DNA from: Flavobacteriales bacterium
Lineage (GTDB): Bacteria; Bacteroidota; Bacteroidia; NS11-12g; UBA955
Assembly: GCA_040379725.1 (NCBI GenBank)
Contig: JBEIKN010000001.1
Location: forward strand, 1-33,991
Direction of reading: 5' to 3'
Length of the DNA: 33,991 bases
Shown here: positions 9,595-17,453 of the stretch, one piece after another
Layout of the letters: each line of letters starts with the position of its first letter
Position numbering within the stretch: position 1 is the first letter of the stretch
The notes under the pieces: model-generated
Seen by the model: the letters and a program-made list of their open reading frames with translations, nothing else
Databases searched by the model: none
Told to the model about the DNA's origin: nothing
Translations under genes and position numbers: made by a program

Positions 9595-10929
9595 ATGTTC
9601 CAATCTGTAATCTCTGTGATCCCTGTTTTATTTAGAATTTTGTTCATGATAGCCCTAGTGGTGTTGTTTGACACTTATGCCTATCAAACCATCAAAGGAC
9701 TTTGTAAAACCATTGAACACAAAAAAGCCCGCATCATCAAGTGGTCTTATTGGATCATCAGCATACTGTTTTATGTCTTGAGTATATTTGCCATGGGAGG
9801 CCGTTTGGCTCAGTTTTCTAGAGGGGTACAAGTGAGTATTACTGGCTTTTTCTTTGCCATGTTTTTGGCTAAATTGTTAATGACCATACCATTGTTGCTC
9901 GAAGACGTTTACCGCATCATACATTGGTTGACCAAACGTTTTACTAAAGCTAAAGTTGAACAGCATTCAGAGCCAGCAACAAAAGGATTGATTTCGCGAA
10001 AAACCTTTATTGCTCGATCAAGCGCTGGGATTGGCGCGCTTACATTTTCAGGGTTAATTTATGGCGTAGCTAAAGGGGCTCACGACTATAAGGTTCACCG
10101 AACATCAGTGGCTTTTCCGAATTTACCTTCAGGTTTTAAAGGCTTAAAAATTGGTCAATTGAGCGATATACATTCCGGTAGTTTTTGGGATGTGAAAGCC
10201 GTCGAAAGAGGCATAGAAATGTTGCTAAAAGAACAACCTGATATTATTTTCTTTACAGGTGATTTGGTCAATACCATGGCCAATGAAATGACACCAGAAA
10301 TCATTGCATTGTTTGCTCGATTAAAGGCACCTATGGGCGTATTCAGTATTTTAGGCAACCATGATTATGGTGATTATTATCAATGGCAAGATAGAACCCA
10401 CATAACAGAGGGCAATAGTGCGCAATCAGATAAGTCGCACATGTCGCCAATGCAGCTGGCTAATCTTGAAGAAGTGAAATCCATTCACAAGCAAATGGGC
10501 TGGGATTTGCTCTTAAATGAGCACAGAATTTTGCGCAAAGGCGATGACAGTATTGCGCTTATTGGAGTAGAGAATTATGGCGCCAAGGGTCGATTTGCGC
10601 GTTATGGTGTGTTGTCTGATGCTTATGAGGGCACCCAACAATTACCATTCAAAATATTATTGTCACATGATCCTAGCCATTGGGATGCTCAGGTTCGCAA
10701 ATCGTATAAAGACATTGATTTGACCTTTTCAGGTCACACGCACGGGGCTCAGCTAGGCATTGAAACTGCTGGCTTTAAATGGAGTCCTATTCAATTGATG
10801 TACAAACAATGGGCAGGCTTGTATCAAGAAGGTAATCAATACATTTATGTCAACAGAGGTTTTGGTTACTTAGGCTATCCTGGTCGCTTAGGCATTCGTC
10901 CTGAAATCGCTGTAGTGACTTTAACATAA
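9595..10929 (+). CDS. Membrane-anchored metallophosphoesterase (YkuE/YaeI-like)
   Basis: Four N-terminal hydrophobic helices are followed by calcineurin-like motifs: SDIHSG, GDLVN, GNHDYG, SHDP and GHTHG. Confidence 0.8.
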   Translation: MFQSVISVIPVLFRILFMIALVVLFDTYAYQTIKGLCKTIEHKKARIIKWSYWIISILFYVLSIFAMGGRLAQFSRGVQVSITGFFFAMFLAKLLMTIPLLLEDVYRIIHWLTKRFTKAKVEQHSEPATKGLISRKTFIARSSAGIGALTFSGLIYGVAKGAHDYKVHRTSVAFPNLPSGFKGLKIGQLSDIHSGSFWDVKAVERGIEMLLKEQPDIIFFTGDLVNTMANEMTPEIIALFARLKAPMGVFSILGNHDYGDYYQWQDRTHITEGNSAQSDKSHMSPMQLANLEEVKSIHKQMGWDLLLNEHRILRKGDDSIALIGVENYGAKGRFARYGVLSDAYEGTQQLPFKILLSHDPSHWDAQVRKSYKDIDLTFSGHTHGAQLGIETAGFKWSPIQLMYKQWAGLYQEGNQYIYVNRGFGYLGYPGRLGIRPEIAVVTLT

Positions 10930-10936
10930 TCAACGT

Positions 10937-12547
10937 ATGAAACGCCTACTAGCATGCTTCATGGGATTATGTTTGCAAGGGTTATTTGCCAACAATGCTT
11001 CTATTGGGTATTTAGGCAAAGACAGGTCATGCTATGATGTTAAGCATTACGCCATCACTGTAAAGATTGATCCGTCATTGAAAAGGATATCCGGCAGCAA
11101 TGACATGGCCATTAATGTTTTGAGCTATACCAAGCTTTTGCGTATTGATTTAATGCCCACCATGCAAGTGGATTATTTAAGTTTTGATGGGCAGGCAAAG
11201 CCTTTTGTGCGCAAAAAAGATCATGTATTATTGAGGTTTGAACAGGCCTTAAAGACAGGAGATCAACATCAAATAAAAATCGCTTTTAATGGTGCACCAA
11301 GAGTTGCCGAACATGCGCCTTGGGATGGTGGTTTTGTTTGGTCACTTGATGATTACAATCGCCCATGGGTAGGCATGGCTTGTGAATCTTTAGGGCCGTC
11401 ATCATGGTTGCCTTGCAAAGACCATTGGAGCGATGAAGCCGAGCAAATGGATATGTGTATCATTGTGCCTAAATCTTTAACAGGCGTTTCAAACGGACGT
11501 TTGGTGTCTGTGCAAACCATTGATAGCAATTGGCATGCATTTAATTGGCATGTATCGTCGCCCATTAATGGCTATAATATTAGCATCAATGTGGGTGCGT
11601 ATACCCATTTAAGCGATACCTTTAAAGGCCAAGCAACTGTTGACTTGGATTATTATGTGTTGGATTACAACAGTGCAAAAGCCGAAAGACATTTTCTACA
11701 AGTGGACAAAATGCATCAGGCATTTGAACATTATTTTGGTCCGTATCCGTTTGCTAAGGATGGTTACAAATTGGTTGAAACGCCTTATTGGGGCATGGAA
11801 CATCAGTCATGTGTGGCTTATGGCAACCAATATAAAAACAACGCTTTCGGATTCGATTTTATCATTGTTCATGAAAGCGGGCATGAATGGTTTGCCAATA
11901 GTATAACGGCAGATGATCCGGCTGATATGTGGATTCACGAGAGTTTTACAACGTATTCAGAAGCCTTGTATGTAGAATATTTTATGGGTAAACAAGCGGC
12001 CAATGAATACTTATGGACCCAGCGTTTAAAGATTAGCAATAAGGCTCCCATGCAAGGTCCAAGAGGTATGTATTATCATGGCTCTGATAACGATATTTAC
12101 TACAAAGGCACCTGGATGTTACATACCATGCGTCATATGCTTAACAACGACTCTTTGTGGTTTGCTACTTTAAAACAATTGAACAACACATTCAAACACA
12201 GTATTGTCAATACCCAACAGATCATTGCTTTTTTTAACCAAGCAACTGGGCGCAATTGGCAAGCCTTTTTTGATGTGTATGTTTATAAAAGTCAATTACC
12301 CGTTTTAAATTTGAATGTAACAGAAGGCAAAGATGGCATGAATGTATACCATTTAAAATTATCTAATTGCGTTAATAAAACACAATTACCCATTGTGGTT
12401 AAAATGCCTTCAGGTGAATATCAAACATGGCAATTAAGTAAACACGGAATGAGCATTACACTGCCCAACAATTTTGATTGGATCAGTCAGGTGAAAGCTC
12501 AGTATTTGTTGGATTGGTCAGCCTATCCAAACGAAGCAGAGTTATAA
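10937..12547 (+). CDS. M1-family zinc metallopeptidase (aminopeptidase N-like)
   Basis: Has a signal peptide, the exopeptidase motif variant WGMEHQS, the zinc site HESGHEWF (HExxH) and a downstream ESFTTYSE glutamate. Confidence 0.8.
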   Translation: MKRLLACFMGLCLQGLFANNASIGYLGKDRSCYDVKHYAITVKIDPSLKRISGSNDMAINVLSYTKLLRIDLMPTMQVDYLSFDGQAKPFVRKKDHVLLRFEQALKTGDQHQIKIAFNGAPRVAEHAPWDGGFVWSLDDYNRPWVGMACESLGPSSWLPCKDHWSDEAEQMDMCIIVPKSLTGVSNGRLVSVQTIDSNWHAFNWHVSSPINGYNISINVGAYTHLSDTFKGQATVDLDYYVLDYNSAKAERHFLQVDKMHQAFEHYFGPYPFAKDGYKLVETPYWGMEHQSCVAYGNQYKNNAFGFDFIIVHESGHEWFANSITADDPADMWIHESFTTYSEALYVEYFMGKQAANEYLWTQRLKISNKAPMQGPRGMYYHGSDNDIYYKGTWMLHTMRHMLNNDSLWFATLKQLNNTFKHSIVNTQQIIAFFNQATGRNWQAFFDVYVYKSQLPVLNLNVTEGKDGMNVYHLKLSNCVNKTQLPIVVKMPSGEYQTWQLSKHGMSITLPNNFDWISQVKAQYLLDWSAYPNEAEL

Positions 12548-13948
12548 ACTTTTAAGTTCGCTTACCAATTCAGTAAGGGTCTTTTTAGCATCACCAAACA
12601 ACATGCTGTTTTTAGGGCTGTAAAACAATTCGTTTTCAATGCCGGCGTAACCTGCTTTCATGCTTCGTTTCATAACAATGGTATGAGCAGCGTCTTCAAC
12701 ATCCAAAATGGGCATACCATAAATAGGTGAGCTTGGATCGGTTTTAGCAGCTGGATTGACAACGTCATTGGCACCCACAATCAACACCACATCAGTGGTT
12801 TTGAACTCAGGGTTGATGTCGTCCATTTCAATCAATTTATCATAGCTAACATTGCTCTCAGCCAATAAAACGTTCATATGACCTGGCATTCTACCAGCCA
12901 CCGGATGAATCGCGTATTTTACTTCTACCCCTTCTTCTTCTAACACTTGTTCAAGTTCATGACACACGTGTTGAGCTTGAGCAACGGCCAATCCGTATCC
13001 CGGAACAATCACCACTTTTTTGCTGTATTTCATTAACACAGCAGCATCGGTTTTGCTGATTTCTTTGATGCTACCCGTAATGGTTTTGCCTTCGCTTGAT
13101 GAAGCAGAACTTCCACCAAAATTACCAATTAGTACATTGGTTAAAGATCGGTTCATGGCTTTACACATAACAACCGTTAAGAGGGTACCAGCGCTACCAA
13201 CCAAAATCCCACCAAATAACATGACTTTATTATCGTATAAAAAGCCACCCATAGCGGCAGCAACTCCCGTAAATGAATTCAATAATGAAATCACCACTGG
13301 CATATCTGCACCACCAATAGGCATAACGAACAACACGCCGTAAACTAAAGACAAACCCAATAACAAAAACAACACATTGGCATTGCTGATCATGCCATAA
13401 GATGCCATAAAGGCAATGGCTAAAATCACTGCTAATAAACCAATGTTAATGACTTGCTGAAGCGGCAAGGTTTTATCTTTGATCTTTTCATCCAATTTGC
13501 CATAAGCAATCATACTGCCAGCAAATGAAATGGAACCAATGATCAGGCCTAAGAAAATAATGATGAGCTTTAGGGTTGGAGCGCTTGTAAAATCGCCATG
13601 TGCACTGATGTGGTTAAACTCAACCAATGAGATCAAACCAGCACAGGCACCACCCATGCCATTAAAGAAAGATACCATTTGAGGCATGCCTGTCATTTGC
13701 ACTTTTTTAGCCATTAATGTACCAATCACAGTACCCAAAATTAAGCCACCAAAAATCCAAGCATAGTTGCCCAAGGGCTTTCCATCGCTTTCATATAAAA
13801 AGATGGTACCGAAAATGGCGAGCGCCATACCAACAGCAGCATAAAAATTGCCTTTTTTGGCTTTTTCAGGATTACCCAACAATTTGATACCGAAAATAAA
13901 ACTCACGGCACCAATCATGTATAAAATATCTAATATGTATTGCTTCAT
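12542..13948 (-). CDS. pntB: NAD(P) transhydrogenase subunit beta
   Basis: A polytopic N-terminal membrane domain is followed by the NADP(H)-binding domain III (VVIVPGYGLAVAQAQH, HPVAGRMPGHMNVLLAE, VLIVGANDVVNPAA). Confidence 0.9.
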   Translation of the reverse strand: MKQYILDILYMIGAVSFIFGIKLLGNPEKAKKGNFYAAVGMALAIFGTIFLYESDGKPLGNYAWIFGGLILGTVIGTLMAKKVQMTGMPQMVSFFNGMGGACAGLISLVEFNHISAHGDFTSAPTLKLIIIFLGLIIGSISFAGSMIAYGKLDEKIKDKTLPLQQVINIGLLAVILAIAFMASYGMISNANVLFLLLGLSLVYGVLFVMPIGGADMPVVISLLNSFTGVAAAMGGFLYDNKVMLFGGILVGSAGTLLTVVMCKAMNRSLTNVLIGNFGGSSASSSEGKTITGSIKEISKTDAAVLMKYSKKVVIVPGYGLAVAQAQHVCHELEQVLEEEGVEVKYAIHPVAGRMPGHMNVLLAESNVSYDKLIEMDDINPEFKTTDVVLIVGANDVVNPAAKTDPSSPIYGMPILDVEDAAHTIVMKRSMKAGYAGIENELFYSPKNSMLFGDAKKTLTELVSELKSL

Positions 13949-14253
13949 TACTTTTTCTTCTTTTTAAACATGTCTAACATTCTATCAGTTACCACAAAAC
14001 CACCTACAACATTTAGGGTACCTAGCACCACAGCGATAAATCCTAAGATCAATGCATAGGTACTTTCGGCTTGTCCCATAATGATAATGGCACCAATAAT
14101 TACTACCCCGTGAATCGCATTCGCACCACTCATTAAAGGAGTGTGCAAAACCGAAGGGACTTTTTCTATAAGTTCAATACCTACAAAAATCATCAGGATG
14201 ACCATGTAAATCATCAGCTGATTGTCAGATATAAATTGCATTAAGGTTTCCAT
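13948..14253 (-). CDS. pntA: NAD(P) transhydrogenase alpha subunit, membrane part (alpha-2)
   Basis: A 101-aa protein with three hydrophobic helices (HTPLMSGANAIHG motif), sitting between pntAA and pntB. It overlaps the pntB start as TAATG. Confidence 0.85.
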   Translation of the reverse strand: METLMQFISDNQLMIYMVILMIFVGIELIEKVPSVLHTPLMSGANAIHGVVIIGAIIIMGQAESTYALILGFIAVVLGTLNVVGGFVVTDRMLDMFKKKKK

Positions 14254-14258
14254 GTATA

Positions 14259-15359
14259 CTATTTTAAAATTGATCCGTCTTTACAAATTAGGGTGCCTTT
14301 AGTGATCTCTTCTTCCATTTCCCATTTAAAGCCATCTTTTGTGGCTAGATGGGTTAAGAAAGCCAATATGTTTTTTGAATAACTCTCGCTGGCATTTTGC
14401 GCCAATTGCGAAGGCAGATTCAATTCGCCAACAATTTTGACCCCATGTTTAACCACCACTTTGCCCGCTTCTGAAAGTGCGCAGTTGCCACCTTGCTCAA
14501 CAGCCATGTCAATTATGACAGAGCCTAATTTCATGGATTTTACCATGTCTTCAGTAATTAAAACGGGTGCTTTTTTACCAGGAATTAATGCCGTGGTAAT
14601 GGCCACATCAGCAACAGATAAGTGTTTGGTTAAAATCTCTCTTTGGCGTTTGAGGGTCTCTTCGCTGGCTTCTCTTACATAACCACCCTCGATTTTGACA
14701 TCGCCAGTATCAAAGCTGATGAATTTTCCGCCTAAAGATTCAACCTGTTCTTTGGTTTCAGGTCTGATATCGGTGACTTCAACCACAGCCCCTAAACGTT
14801 TAGCGGTTCCGATGGCTTGTAATCCAGCAACACCTGCTCCAAAAATCAATACTTTTGAAGGAGTAATGGTGCCAGCGGCTGTCATCAACATAGGAAATAT
14901 TTTAGCAGAATGATGAGCGGCTAAAATCACCGCTTTATAGCCGGCAAGATTGGCTTGTGAACTTAATGCATCCATACTCTGTGCTCTTGAAATTCTTGGA
15001 ATAGCATCCATAGAAAATACCGTCAATGATTTTTGATTCAAAGCTTTAACCAATTCTGGCTGACTCAGATGGTATACAAACGAAATCAAAGTTGAACCAG
15101 ATTTCATTTGGCCAATTTCTGAATCACTTGGGGCATTGACTTTTGCCAATACATCTGCTGTTTGGTAGACCGCAGTAGCATCGTTAGCAATCTTTGCGCC
15201 AGCAAGCGTGTAGGCCTCGTCTGAGAAATTAGAAGCAACTCCAGCGCCGGTTTCAACCAAGCACTCAAAGCCTTGCTTCACAAGAGATTTGATTACATCA
15301 GGACTCAAAGCGACTCTATTTTCGGCAGCTTTGGTCTCTTTTACTGTTCCGATTATCAT
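14259..15359 (-). CDS. pntA: NAD(P) transhydrogenase alpha subunit, soluble NAD(H)-binding part (alpha-1)
   Basis: The N-terminus MIIGTVKETKAAENRVALSP fits the AlaDH/PNT N-terminal domain. The Rossmann motif is IFGAGVAGLQAIGTAKRLGA. Confidence 0.9.
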   Translation of the reverse strand: MIIGTVKETKAAENRVALSPDVIKSLVKQGFECLVETGAGVASNFSDEAYTLAGAKIANDATAVYQTADVLAKVNAPSDSEIGQMKSGSTLISFVYHLSQPELVKALNQKSLTVFSMDAIPRISRAQSMDALSSQANLAGYKAVILAAHHSAKIFPMLMTAAGTITPSKVLIFGAGVAGLQAIGTAKRLGAVVEVTDIRPETKEQVESLGGKFISFDTGDVKIEGGYVREASEETLKRQREILTKHLSVADVAITTALIPGKKAPVLITEDMVKSMKLGSVIIDMAVEQGGNCALSEAGKVVVKHGVKIVGELNLPSQLAQNASESYSKNILAFLTHLATKDGFKWEMEEEITKGTLICKDGSILK

Positions 15360-15366
15360 TTGTGGG

Positions 15367-15374
15367 CAAATCTA
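15367..15374 (-). promoter_or_regulatory. Candidate -7 box (TAGATTTG on the minus strand) for the pnt operon
   Basis: Plus-strand caaatcta is TAGATTTG on the minus strand, matching TAnnTTTG. It lies 7 nt upstream of the pntAA ATG. Confidence 0.4.
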
Positions 15375-15481
15375 GGTTTTTTTTTCTATTTGACATAGGT
15401 TTAATCTATTGATAATACTGATCGAGGTCAAGCATCTGTTTTTACAGCTGAAAGTATTTTTTTAATCATGGGATTATTGGT

Positions 15482-15489
15482 TATTTTTG
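15482..15489 (+). promoter_or_regulatory. Candidate -7 box (TATTTTTG) for ald
   Basis: TATTTTTG matches TAnnTTTG and ends 22 nt upstream of the ald ATG. It shares the 10-mer ttatttttgc with 5391-5400. Confidence 0.45.
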
Positions 15490-15511
15490 CAGCACTTTTA
15501 AAAATAAGCAT

Positions 15512-16624
15512 ATGATTATTGGCGTACCAAAAGAGATTAAAAACAATGAGAACCGTGTTGCAGTAACTCCTGCAGGCGTAAGTGAATTTGTTAAGCACGG
15601 TCATACCGTGTATGTTCAAGCTACAGCCGGCGAAGGCAGTGGTTTTTCGAACGAAGAATATGTTGAAGCAGGTGCTACTCTATTGCCAAGCATAGAGGAA
15701 GTTTATGCCATTGCTGACATGATCGTTAAAGTAAAAGAGCCAATCGAAAGCGAATACAAATTGATTAAAAAAGACCAATTGTTGTTCACGTATTTTCACT
15801 TTGCCAGTCATCAACCTTTGACCAATGCCATGATTGAGAGCGGTGCAGTTTGTTTAGCCTATGAAACCGTTGAAAAGGCTGACCGTTCATTGCCATTATT
15901 GGTGCCAATGAGCGAGGTTGCTGGTAGAATGAGTGTTCAAGAAGGCGCAAAATATTTAGAGAAGCCATTGGGTGGAAGAGGTATTTTATTGGGTGGCGTT
16001 CCTGGTGTTAAGCCTGCTAACGTTGTCGTTTTAGGTGGCGGTATTGTGGGTACTCAAGCAGCTAAAATGGCTGCAGGTTTAGGCGCACAAGTAACCATTA
16101 TGGATATTTCAATTCCACGCTTACGCCAATTAGATGATATTATGCCAGCCAATGTACAAACCATGTACAGTAATACTTACAACATTAAAGAAGCCATTAA
16201 GCATGCTGACCTCGTGATTGGTGGTGTATTGATTCCAGGTGCCAAAGCACCACACTTGATCACCAAAGACATGTTAAAGCTCATGAAAAAAGGTGCTGTA
16301 TTGGTGGACGTTGCTGTTGACCAAGGTGGTTGTTTCGAAACCACAAAAGCCACAACTCATGCTGAGCCTACATACGTGATTGACAACATCATTCACTACT
16401 GTGTAGCCAACATGCCTGGCGCGGTGCCTTATACCTCTACATTGGCCTTAACCAATGCGACTTTGCCATATGCCATTCAGTTGGCCAACAAAGGTTGGAA
16501 AGACGCTTGTAAAAACAATGCTGAATTGCGTTTAGGTTTAAACGTTGTAAACGGTAAGGTGGTATACAAAGGTGTATCAGAAGCCTTCAACCTACCATAT
16601 ACTGCAGTCGAAGAGATTTTATAG
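15512..16624 (+). CDS. ald: Alanine dehydrogenase
   Basis: The N-terminus is MIIGVPKEIKNNENRVAVTPAGV, the NAD motif is VLGGGIVGTQAA, and VDVAVDQGGC and HYCVANMPGAVP are present. The length of 370 aa fits. Confidence 0.9.
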   Translation: MIIGVPKEIKNNENRVAVTPAGVSEFVKHGHTVYVQATAGEGSGFSNEEYVEAGATLLPSIEEVYAIADMIVKVKEPIESEYKLIKKDQLLFTYFHFASHQPLTNAMIESGAVCLAYETVEKADRSLPLLVPMSEVAGRMSVQEGAKYLEKPLGGRGILLGGVPGVKPANVVVLGGGIVGTQAAKMAAGLGAQVTIMDISIPRLRQLDDIMPANVQTMYSNTYNIKEAIKHADLVIGGVLIPGAKAPHLITKDMLKLMKKGAVLVDVAVDQGGCFETTKATTHAEPTYVIDNIIHYCVANMPGAVPYTSTLALTNATLPYAIQLANKGWKDACKNNAELRLGLNVVNGKVVYKGVSEAFNLPYTAVEEIL

Positions 16625-16652
16625 TAATACTTGGGTTTTTAACTTTTGATGT

Positions 16653-17003
16653 ATGGCTCACAATTTTAAAGAAATAGACGGAAATGTAATTTGCACTAAA
16701 TGTGCCAAGAGCACTGTTTGGGGAGATAATCCATGTAAAGGAAATCATAGTTTTAAGGATTTATCAGGAGAAATAATTTGCACTAAATGCGCCAAGAGCA
16801 CTGTTTGGGGAGAAAATTCGTGTAAAGGAAATCATAGTTTTAAGGATTTATCAGGAGAAATTAGATGTACAAAATGTGCCAAAAGTAAGGTTTGGGGCGA
16901 AAATTCGTGTAAAGGAACACATAGTTTTAAAATTTTGGCAGGATCTATAAAATGCAGTAAATGTGCCAAAAGTGAGGTTTGGGGAGAAAATAATTGCGGA
17001 TAA
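16653..17003 (+). CDS. Small Cys-rich protein made of four tandem 29-aa H-x10-C-x2-C-x10-C modules (putative tandem zinc-knuckle or zinc-ribbon protein); family unknown
   Basis: The 116-aa ORF starts 28 bp after the ald stop. It has 12 Cys and the four repeat His in strictly periodic positions (H3/C14/C17/C28, then +29 for each unit). Between repeats 2 and 3, 7 of 10 differing codons are synonymous, which argues for selection at the protein level. There is no signal peptide or TM segment. Confidence 0.6.
   Translation: MAHNFKEIDGNVICTKCAKSTVWGDNPCKGNHSFKDLSGEIICTKCAKSTVWGENSCKGNHSFKDLSGEIRCTKCAKSKVWGENSCKGTHSFKILAGSIKCSKCAKSEVWGENNCG
16659..17000 (+). repeat. Four in-frame tandem copies of an 87-bp unit (the last copy is 81 bp)
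   Basis: Units span 16659-16745, 16746-16832, 16833-16919 and 16920-17000. By my hand count, adjacent units differ at about 13-15 of 87 positions. There are long exact shared blocks, for example tgtaaaggaaatcatagttttaaggatttatcaggagaaat at both the unit 1/2 and unit 2/3 junctions. Confidence 0.9.
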
Positions 17004-17111
17004 TACACATTTTGCAAAAGCGGAGAAGTATCTGATTGGATAGCCTATTTGAATTTGAAACAATCCATCTTTTTTGAATAGCGCTAATGTTCTCTATCTT
17101 AAATCCCAGAG

Positions 17112-17133
17112 CAACATTGGATTAATGTTGTTT
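17112..17133 (+). terminator. Weak candidate intrinsic terminator after the Cys-repeat gene
   Basis: CAACATT-GGATT-AATGTTG forms a 7-bp AT-rich stem with a 5-nt loop, followed by TTT. It lies in the 172-bp convergent gap. The stem has low predicted stability. Confidence 0.3.
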
Positions 17134-17175
17134 ACCAGATTTTATTAGGATTTTTATGTCAAAATTGTGTCATAA

Positions 17176-17406
17176 TTAAATCAATTCACCCACCACATTG
17201 AATTTTAAAAACACTGAATCAGAATGGGGAGCATCTTTTAATTCTGCAGTAAGATCTTGACCGGCCCAATGCTCATAGTGCTTGCCATTTTTCCACAAAC
17301 GGCTATCGCTCACATCGTATATTTTCCCTTTAAAAGCTACCCAAATCTCTGGTTTGTCTTGACCATTTCGGAGGGCTAATTGTTGATGCGTGAATTTAGG
17401 CAGCAT
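17176..17406 (-). CDS. Soluble cytochrome b5-like heme/steroid-binding domain protein (76 aa)
   Basis: KIYDVSDSRLWKNGKHYEHWAGQDLTAELKDAPHSDSVF aligns by eye with the cytochrome b5 core VYDVT...EHPGGE...GHS. Both His positions that ligate heme in canonical b5 are present (EHWAG and APHS). There is no TM anchor. Confidence 0.7.
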   Translation of the reverse strand: MLPKFTHQQLALRNGQDKPEIWVAFKGKIYDVSDSRLWKNGKHYEHWAGQDLTAELKDAPHSDSVFLKFNVVGELI

Positions 17407-17424
17407 TTCTAAAAATGATTTGTT

Positions 17425-17432
17425 TATTTTTG
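17425..17432 (+). promoter_or_regulatory. Candidate -7 box (TATTTTTG) for the histidine kinase / response regulator operon
   Basis: Matches TAnnTTTG and ends 21 nt upstream of the TTG start at 17454. Confidence 0.4.
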
Positions 17433-17438
17433 TTTCAA

Positions 17439-17446
17439 CAAATATA
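17439..17446 (-). promoter_or_regulatory. Candidate -7 box (TATATTTG on the minus strand) for the cytochrome b5-like gene
   Basis: Plus-strand caaatata is TATATTTG on the minus strand. It lies 32 nt upstream of the ATG at 17406. The two divergent boxes sit back to back, 6 nt apart, in a 47-bp intergenic region. Confidence 0.4.
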
Positions 17447-17453
17447 AAGTAAA

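Noticed and set aside
13020-14913. Plus-strand ORFs of 107, 81 and 72 aa inside pntB and pntAA.
   Set aside because: They are antisense shadows of highly conserved transhydrogenase genes. Their Pro/Thr/Ser-rich translations are typical of the reverse frame of Gly/Ala/Val-rich proteins.
16659-17000. The regularly spaced 87-bp repeats could be mistaken for a CRISPR array or a non-coding satellite.
   Set aside because: The units are directly contiguous with no spacers and keep one open reading frame throughout. They differ mostly at synonymous positions, so this is a coding tandem repeat.
16653-17003. Multi-core RiPP precursor (repeated Cys-rich core peptides).
   Set aside because: No radical-SAM, cyclodehydratase, lanthipeptide synthetase, protease or ABC exporter gene is adjacent, and there is no leader-like region. 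The neighbours are ald and a b5-like gene. The idea is not excluded, but nothing in the window supports it.
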